From Octopus bimaculoides (lineage: Eukaryota), in assembly GCF_001194135.2 (NCBI RefSeq), contig NC_068982.1:38157968-38221964 (forward strand): a stretch of 63,997 nt of DNA, given 5' to 3'. The notes under the pieces are model-generated. The model saw only the letters and a program-made list of their open reading frames with translations, made no database searches and was not told the origin of the DNA. Shown piece by piece: positions 55,071-63,997 of the stretch. Numbering within the stretch: the first letter of the stretch is position 1; every line of letters starts with the position of its first letter. Both the position numbers and the translations under genes were made by a program.

Positions 55071-56041
55071 TATGAGGTTCAAAAAAAGATTTGCCTTCAT
55101 CAGCAACATTGAATCTTTCCTCTTTCTTCTCCCCCACAACCCCTGAAAACTGTATTATCTTGCTACTCCAGCTGCTTGCCTCCCCACCCTCTTCTGCATC
55201 TCTCTACCTTCTCCAACTTGGGGCTCCTTGCTCATTCTCCCTTCAACCTTACCCATCCCCTCATTTCTCCTTCCCATACAATCTTGCAAATTAATTCTTC
55301 AACTTACCTTGTGCCTCGTGGTGCCACCTAGGCACCTTCTCACCACTATCTATCTCTTTCAGTTCCTACAATTTATTTTCCCTTTTTCTCTTCCCTTCCC
55401 CTACTAGGTGGGATTTGCCATGTAGACCCTCTACAAGAATCTGCTCCACTGTCTGCCATCCCTTCTCATAGTTCAATCCCCCCCATCCCCAAGCACAAAG
55501 CTGACCTCACCTAGCAGTTCTGCAAGCTGCATAATGATCTCAGTAGTGCATGTGGCACAAAAATGCACCTAATCTATGCTGAAAGGGGTTGGCATAAGAA
55601 AGAACACCAAACTATAAAGACCATGTCAAAACAGACATTGGAGCAAGATGCAGTCCTTGGACACATCGAATCCTGTCAAACTGTCCAACCTTATGTCAGC
55701 ATGGAACATGGATGTCAAATGATGATGATGATAACGATGATGATGATGACGATGATGATGATGGTGAGGTCTGGATCCATGGTAGTAAGAGACTATGTAT
55801 TTGAACCTAAGAAGTTCTTCTCCATACAATCCTGGTGGAAATTGTTTTATGGAAGCCCAGAAACATGAGTGTTAAAGAGAAATTGTTATATAAAATTTGA
55901 TACATCTTGGCATCCACCAATATCATCAGTGTCAGAGTGGAAAAAGCTGGAATAGATATCACAAGTTATCTTCTCCAATGTACAAACAATTCCACCAATA
56001 AATAAAGTACCATCCTGGATTGGTACTTTATTTACAGAACC

Positions 56042-56530
56042 TTAACCCTTTAGCATTTAAACTAGCCATATTCACCCCAAACATTCTACCTGTTTTATAT
56101 TCAATCCAGTCAGATCCAACCTCTCACACCTACCCGACAATGTCATTCTAAAAATAAATAATCTCATCATTGAAAGTTACGAGATAATGTATGTTTAATT
56201 CAAAACAATGTAAATAAATAACCATTACTTTTGACAGAGTGATCGTTGCCAGTGCCCCTGGACTGGCTTCTGCGGGTGGCACATAAAAGACACCATTTCG
56301 AGCATGGCCGTTTTCGTGCGGGTGACACGTAAAAGCACCCACTACACTCTCTGAGTGGTTGGCGTTAGGAAGGGCATCCAGCTGTAGAAACTCTGCCAAA
56401 TTAGACTGGAGCCTGGTGTTGCCATCCGGTTTCACCAGTCCTCAGTCAAATCGTCCAACCCATGCTAGCATGGAAAGCGGACGTTAAACGATGATGATGA
56501 TGATGATGAATCCGAATGCTAAAAGGTTAA
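56042..56530 (-). mobile_element. TTAA MITE copy 4 with nested (GAT)n-tailed retro-insertion (56240-56508)
   Basis: TTAACCCTTTAGCATT...AATGCTAAAAGGTTAA; the insert splits the consensus GACAGAG|AATCTGAATG. Confidence 0.85.
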
Positions 56531-57788
56531 AGGATAAAAACTTTAGCAGATTTGAATTCAGACTACAGAGAGTTAATCAAAATGTTTCAAAGCATTCTTT
56601 TTGATACTCTAATACCTTTGCCAATTCATAATATATAAAAGCATGTCACTGCCATAATATTGCTCTTTATTTTTTAATCATTTCATTCAATGGAAGGTAG
56701 TCATATGTGGGCACTGCCTAGCCACTCAAATCACCCCACCTCACCAGTATTCATTTTAAGCCTGTTATTTATTCTACCATCCACTTATTGCTGTACTACT
56801 AAGTTACTGGGCTATAAACAAACCAACACCATTTGTCAAGTGGTTAGACACAAACACAATGATGCACAATAACACATACACTCTCACATGCACACTGTCC
56901 AACGCTCACATGCAAACTGTCCAACCCATGCCAGCATGAAAAACAGACACTAAGTTATGATGAAGATGATGATGATGATATATGCGATGGACTTCTGTGC
57001 ATGTTTTGTTTATCAAATTCACTCTTGAGATATTGGTTGGTCTGTAGCTGAAGTATAAAATCTCACCCAAGGTACTGCACAAAGAGACTGAACCTCAAAC
57101 CATGTGGTTGCCAAGAAAACCTCTTAACTATACAACTATGCTGGTCCATATCTTCAAGCTAGCTTGTTAGCACAATTACATTCATAATAGTTTTCTGTTA
57201 AAACATTTTATTTCTTCAGTCTAATTACTTTTCAGTATCCATATTTTACTGACAATATTTTGTTTTTCTACCCTCATTCTTTTATTCTTGTACTAATTAT
57301 AACCCACTATCATTATGTACCACTTAACCTTCCATGCACAGGTGCCACCCACACACCAAACATCTTATTCCACTTTCACTGCAGACAGAGACCTGGAAAA
57401 CATCTTTCTATGGAGACATGACAATCTAGTTTACTTTCAACAGCACAAGTAAATGCATGTTGACAAATAGTTAGAAGTTTGCACTCCCAAATGTAAGATC
57501 ATGGTTTTGATTCCTGGACTGGGCAATGTGTTGTGTTCTTGAGAAAAATACTTCATTTCCCATTGCACCAGTCCCCTTGGTTGTAGATGAGTACCAGTAA
57601 CTCTATGACTGCCTGGCATCCCATTCAAGGGAACTACTTTGATCTCAGTTACTTCTACACCATGGAAACTGGACAGCCAGCTCTATGAGTCTTAGTATTC
57701 AGGACAATACTTACTATTTTTCTTTGAAATAGCACAAAGACAATTTGTTACAATCGATGAAACAGTTAATATATATATATATATATTA

Positions 57789-58253
57789 TTCTTTTATTTG
57801 TTTCAGTCATTTGACTGAGGCAATGCTGGAGCACCACCTTTAGTTGAACAAATCAACCCCAGGACTTATTCTTTGTAAGCCTAATACTTATTCTATCGGT
57901 TTCTTTTGCCAAACTGCTAAGTTACGGGGATGTAAACACACCAACATCGGTTGTCAAGCGATGGTTGGGGACAAACACAGCCATACAAACATATACATAT
58001 AAATAAATATATATATATGGGAGAATTTACGAAAAAAACAACAGACGAAGACAGGTGGTGTAAACAACAAATGGATGTATTAGTTTAACTTAACGAGCTC
58101 CTTTCAGTTTCCATCTACCAAATCCACTCACTAGGCTTTGGTTGGCCTGAGGCTATAGTAGAAGACATTTGCCCAGGGTGCTACGCAGTGAGACTGAACC
58201 TAGAATCATGTGGTTAGTAAGAAAGCTACTTATCACACAGCCACTCCTGTGCC
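57789..58253 (-). mobile_element. Family A SINE with short internal insertion
   Basis: Full head to tail, with extra sequence at ~58020-58095. Confidence 0.8.
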
Positions 58254-60016
58254 TATATATGAGGAGACCCCTTTGGTCATGAATGACCATGGGATTGCAC
58301 TTAGAAAGTTACCCTCCGAGGCACAAGTCCAGGCAAGGTTGTTTGTGGAAGGCCAGCAGTCGCCCATGCGTACTGGCCTCCCCTCTCCACACCACTGATG
58401 TTATCCAAGGGAAAGGCAAAGGCTGCTACAGCTTGGCCCCAGTGATGTCACAACTCCTTTCTACAGCTGTGTTAACATATAAAAGAAGTATAATTGTGAG
58501 TAAATCACAATTATAATGGAGAAGGTTGCAAAAACCCTTATATGTCTTGCAATAGCAGTCCAAACTGCTATAAAGCCACTATAACCACTCATATTATATC
58601 TCTTTATAATAAAGCTGTACATATATTTCAACAAGCTCACTGATTAATCACAACACTAGTACCTGTCCAAGCACTGACTTCCTATATATTGCTGGTGGGG
58701 TTCTGAGTCAGTACTATCTCTAGTGGGCAAGCATCCATCATTGATGAGACCAAGGAAGGTCGAAATCACATGATCTGGTTGTCTTGGCATGGGAGATGGT
58801 GGGGATCTATCTCCCTGCCAGTGATATAAACAAGTGTGCATTTTGCACCAAAAGCTTATATAAAGTTTCTCTCATGTTATCTACTGCAGTATAATTTGTT
58901 CTAACAGAACATCCATGTTTAAGTGAGGATGAATATTACCTCTCAGCATTAATACTGCTTCTTTTGCTAATATATATCTAATAAACAGTGTTGCTACACT
59001 TCCCTATACATGAACAACCCAATTAAACTCCTCAAGGTACTTATTAATGCTAAGCCAATTATTTCTGACTTTGTAAAAGTTTGATTGGCAGTGTTCTCAA
59101 ATTCCCAAACAAGTTTAAAAATCCAATTCATTTGCATGTACTTCCATTGTAAGCACATTACTCTACTACTAATAATTTCCAACTAATGACCACCACCACC
59201 ACCACCATGTTTTAACATCCACTTTTCCATACTTGCATGGATTGGAAGGAATTTGTTGAGGCAGGTTCTTTTTGGCTGGATGGCATTTCTGTTGCCAACC
59301 TACCGTTATTTCAGAGTAAGGTAATATTTGCCCATGGTCAAACTAGTTTTTGTGGAAAATTGGAAATGAAGGACATTGCTTGCACAACAATAGTCTTGCC
59401 TCATAGTAAAATTCATTTACAACTATCTCATGATGTCAAAGCGAGACGATGGTAACCCCCCACCCTCCACACACACACATGCACAAACACATGCGCGCGC
59501 GCGCACACACACACATACACACACACAGTTGTTATTGGCAATGGAAGAGTTTAGGATCAGAATAGCATTCTGTGGATATACTCATAGTTTCAAATTTTGG
59601 TACAAGGCCAGCAATTTTGGGGAAGAGGGTAAGTTGATTACATCGACCCCAGTACTCTGTTGGTATTTATTTATCAACTGTGAAAGGAATGAAAAGCAAA
59701 GTCAACCTCAGCTGAATTTGAACTCAGAGCATAAGGATGGATGAAATACTGCTAAGCATTTTGCTTTGCGTGCTAATTATTTTGCCTGCTCACCTCCCTA
59801 TGTGACTATACTATTGAAGCACTTCTAGTATAGACATTTAATGCAGGAAGGCACTTCACGTCCATGTGAGAAGTTTTCTCAGGATGAATATTTCAGTTTT
59901 ATGGTTTTTCAGTCATACATCCACATTAAGTAAGATATACAGAATAATATACATATACATCTATATTCTGCTACCAAACAGTCAATTATCTAACTCTGAG
60001 TGGTAAAAAGAGAGAA

Positions 60017-60055
<39 letters not shown>

Positions 60056-60256
60056 CCCCCCCCCCNNNNNNNNNNNNNNNNNNNNNNNNNNNNNNNNNNN
60101 NNNNNNNNNNNNNNNNNNNNNNNNNNNNNNNNNNNNNNNNNNNNNNNNNNNNNNNNNNNNNNNNNNNNNNNNNNNNNNNNNNNNNNNNNNNNNNNNNNNN
60201 NNNNNNNNNNNNNNNNNNNNNNNNNNNNNNNNNNNNNNNNNNNNNNNNNNNNNNNN

Positions 60257-60309
<53 letters not shown>

Positions 60310-61117
60310 ATGTATGTATGTATATATACATATACATTTAAATAGTCAATCCAAATAAACAATCAATTCAAATAAATGAATAATAAAATTAACAGACTAG
60401 AGGACATGCACAAGGAATGTATTAGCTTGATGTTCAGCATAGCTCTTCACCAGAAACAAGAAAGGGAAAAGTCCAAAGAAGGAAAAGAATATATATATAT
60501 AAATTTAGATAATAAGGGTGAAAAATTGAGTATTAATTTAATTAATATCAATTTAAAACCAATGGCCTAGCATATTAAAAAATCTGAAGATTCAGAAAAA
60601 TTATATTATGTGTATATATATATATATATATACATGAACACACGCAGCAGGCTTCTTTCAGTTTCTATCTACCAAATCCACAGCAAAGCTTTGGTCAAGG
60701 TGTTATGACACAGTAGGACTGAACTCTGAACTCTGTAGTTGGACAGCAAACTTCTTTCCACACAGAGACTACAATTTTTGACTATAGTTTACTCAAATTT
60801 AATAGGAACATTTTGACAAGTTGGATTTCTCATATACAAAATCTTCATTGGTGGTCTACAACTCAAAACTTTTTCATTGACTTATGAATGGTCTCATAAA
60901 TAGTTACTTTATCTGCATGGATTATTTGATTTCTTTGATGCTTTTCAACATAACCTATAATTCCTCATATTTTGTACATTCTTATATTACTATGACTATA
61001 ATACAACATGTATAAATAGTTAGAAAAAGAGACTTCTGAAATACATATGTGTATGTATATATATCTTGTATATATGTATATATTCAGTAACAATGTAGAA
61101 ATTCAAGTTTATGAATT

Positions 61118-61160
<43 letters not shown>

Positions 61161-61194
61161 CATACACACACATACACATGTNNNNNNNNNNNNN

Positions 61195-61237
<43 letters not shown>

Positions 61238-62539
61238 CATACACACACATACACATGTTATACGTACACATTTATATATTATATAGATTATATATATATA
61301 CACACACACATACACCATATATATACACATATATATATATATACACATGTATATACATATATATGTATATCATCATCATCATCATCATCGCTTAACGTCC
61401 GTTTTCCATGCTAGCATGGGTTGGACGATTTGACTGAGGACTGGTGCAACCGGATGGCTACATCAGGCTCCAATCTGATTTGGCAGAGTTTCTACAGCTG
61501 GATGCCCTTCCTAACNNNNNNNNNNNNNNNNNNNNNNNNNNNNNNNNNNNNNNNNNNNNNNNNNNNNNNNNNNNNNNNNNNNNNNNNNNNNNNNNNNNNN
61601 NNNNNNNNNNNNNNNNNNNNNNNNNNNNNNNNNNNNNNNNNNNNNNNNNNNNNNNNNNNNNNNNNNNNNNNNNNNNNNNNNNNNNNNNNNNNNNNNNNNN
61701 NNNNNNNNNNNNNNNNNNNNNNNNNNNNNNNNNNNNNNNNNNNNNNNNNNNNNNNNNNNNNNNNNNNNNNNNNNNNNNNNNNNNNNNNNNNNNNNNNNNN
61801 NNNNNNNNNNNNNNNNNNNNNNNNNNNNNNNNNNNNNNNNNNNNNNNNNNNNNNNNNNNNNNNNNNNNNNNNNNNNNNNNNNNNNNNNNNNNNNNNNNNN
61901 NNNNNNNNNNNNNNNNNNNNNNNNNNNNNNNNNNNNNNNNNNNNNNNNNNNNNNNNNNNNNNNNNNNNNNNNNNNNNNNNNNNNNNNNNNNNNNNNNNNN
62001 NNNNNNNNNNNNNNNNNNNNNNNNNNNNNNNNNNNNNNNNNNNNNNNNNNNNNNNNNNNNNNATAATCTGTTTGACTAAAATCTTTAAGATGCTGCCCCA
62101 GCATGTCTGAGGTCCCATGACTGAAACAAATAAAACAAAAAAAGAAAAAGGAAAGTCAACTATATTACTTAAGAATTTGTTTTATCTTAGAATAACATCC
62201 CCTGGGTTTATTTGGTCTGACATGTACAACTAAGTTTACAGTTGTATCACTTTCAGAGAAACACCCTGGAAAGTTTATAAAACAAAAAAATTACATGTCT
62301 AACAGCATGGTATCATAATTATTTTGACTTATTCCAAACAGTTGTTTTCTTTGAGTATGGTTAAGTATGAGTGCATTGAAAAATCCTCCAAATGATAAGA
62401 TAACACTCTTTTAGAGAATTTTAGAATTAAATGTCCAAATCAGAGTATAGACTTTCATGCATAATTTACATAATTCTTCTGCTGAAATGATTTGTTTCCT
62501 ATAAAAAAAAAACTGGCACTCCATTGCTTATGATGATGA

Positions 62540-62835
62540 GTGTTCCAGTTGATCCAAACCAATGGAACAGCTTGCTGGTGAAACTAATGTGCAAGTGGTT
62601 GAGCACTCCACAAACACATGTACCCTTAACACAGTTCTCAGGGAGATTCAGCATGACACAGAGTGTGATAAGGCTGGCCCTTTTGAAATACAGGTACAGC
62701 TTACTTTTGCCAGCTGAGTAGACTGAAGTGATGTGTAGTTAAGTGTCTTGCTCAGGAACCCGACACATCACCAGTAATTGAACTCATGACTTTATGATCA
62801 TGAGGCAAATACCCTAACCACTAAGCCATGTGCCT
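62540..62835 (-). mobile_element. tRNA-derived SINE family D
   Basis: Minus-strand head GGCACATGGCTTAGTGGTTAGGG...GAGTTCAATT, then GAGCAAGACACTTAAC core. Confidence 0.6.
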
Positions 62836-63129
62836 TTACACATATACTTATCATCATCATCATCATCGTTTAACGTCCGCTTTCCATGCTAGCATGGGTT
62901 GGACGATTTGATTGAGGACTGGTGAGCCAGATGGCTACACCAGGCTCCAATCTGATTTGGCAGAGTTTCTACAGCTGGATGCCCTTCCTAATGCCAACAC
63001 ACACACATATATGTACACACACAAACACACACCCACACAATATGTATATATGAGTGAGTGGACAAATGAAAGAAGGGCACTTAACCAATTTATTGGGAGT
63101 TACATGTATGGATCAAAATTGTTTGATTT

Positions 63130-63997
63130 AAATTTATTGGTACTCTTGAGTTTCAAGCGTTATGCTAATTGTCATTCCATATGCAATGACATAAACACAG
63201 AAGCAAAGGAGCTTGCCACCCACTTTAATATAGAGGATCACCTGGACTGCCTCGCCATGCAACTCCCCCCCCCCCATATTACANNNNNNNNNNCAACTCC
63301 CCCCCCCCCCATATTACACTTAAGGACCATAAGCCTAACTTCCACTCCTATCCCAAATGCAGGTTGATCAACCCCTCTAAAAGTGGGATAGGAATCATTA
63401 GCAAACGTATTCTTGATACTATCAACACCAATATCAGAAGAGCTACAGGGTTGACTCAATGGAACTCCAGCACAGCTGTGGTCAACTGAGAATAAATCAG
63501 CCTGTAGATTCACCCAATTTGACATTGTCGACTTCTACCCTTCCATTTCTAAGCCCCACCTTCTGAAAGCCCTAACTTTTGCTGAGCTACACCAGCATTA
63601 GTGACCTTGACTACAAAATTAACATGAATGCCAGAAAGTCAATTCTGGCCCATGGTGATTCCTTCTGGGTGAAAAAAGAAGGCAGCCCATTGTTCAATGT
63701 CTCTGTGGGGAGCTTTGACAAAGCTGAAATTGCCGACCTCATTGGGTTATACATCTTGGGTACCCTCAAGAGATGTACCCACCCACACAGGTTGGCCCTC
63801 AATAGGGATGGTGGCCTGGCTATCTCAAGCCATATGAATGGTTCAAACACCCTCTCCTCACCCCAAAAGGATTAGGAGAAGGAAAATTATATGGTATAAC
63901 CCTGCTTTAACCTAGAAGTTTCCACCAACGTAGCTAAGGGCTCCCAGCCATTAATTAAGAAACACTTTCCCAGAGGCCATATGTATTACAAACTCTT
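63130..63997 (+). mobile_element. Penelope-like reverse transcriptase, degenerate, running off the window
   Basis: ITLKDHKPNF..PKCRLINPSKSGIGIISKRILD, FDIVDFYPSI, VSVGSFDKAEIADLIGLYIL, NRDGGL (decayed YRDDGL). Confidence 0.88.

Noticed and set aside
57342-57448. Plus-strand open exon-like segment VPPTHQTSYS...QQHK
   Set aside because: Phase 0 start does not join the 27686 donor and there is no homology; cannot be supported.
8642-62118. Many long ORFs (YIYI, CVCV, HTHT, poly-X, poly-L, poly-D/M)
   Set aside because: They are translations of microsatellites or N runs with no coding signal.
63262-63320. Short duplication inside the PLE RT, and a similar one at 61111-61257
   Set aside because: Both straddle tiny N gaps; assembly artefacts.

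Overview
AT-rich, microsatellite-saturated animal genomic scaffold with many N gaps. The repeat families suggest a coleoid cephalopod, probably Octopus; this is inference from repeat landscape only. Protein-coding content is sparse. (1) The 3' exons of a TBC1D2/TBC1D2B-like Rab-GAP gene lie on the minus strand (6652-6831 and 4130-4279, both phase 0 and joining in frame), with candidate downstream exons at 642-708 or a short terminal exon at 2658-2672. I found no upstream TBC exons in the remaining ~57 kb. (2) A plus-strand exon (27103-27686) encodes a signal-peptide-like N-terminus, a Ser/Thr-rich stalk and a coiled coil, with a candidate second exon at 39837-39921; it may be an antisense gene nested in the TBC intron. 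The rest is transposon-derived: a full-length degenerate mariner plus a fragment, a solo LTR, RTE LINE fragments and many 5'-truncated (GAT)n-tailed repeats, Penelope-like elements (one with a tRNA-like head and hammerhead-ribozyme-like motif right after its GIY-YIG stop), a Gypsy integrase remnant, a Helitron remnant, hAT and TTAA (piggyBac-like) MITEs, several tRNA-derived SINE families and long hairpins. Most six-frame ORFs are microsatellite or gap artefacts. No prokaryotic features, CRISPR or rRNA were seen.
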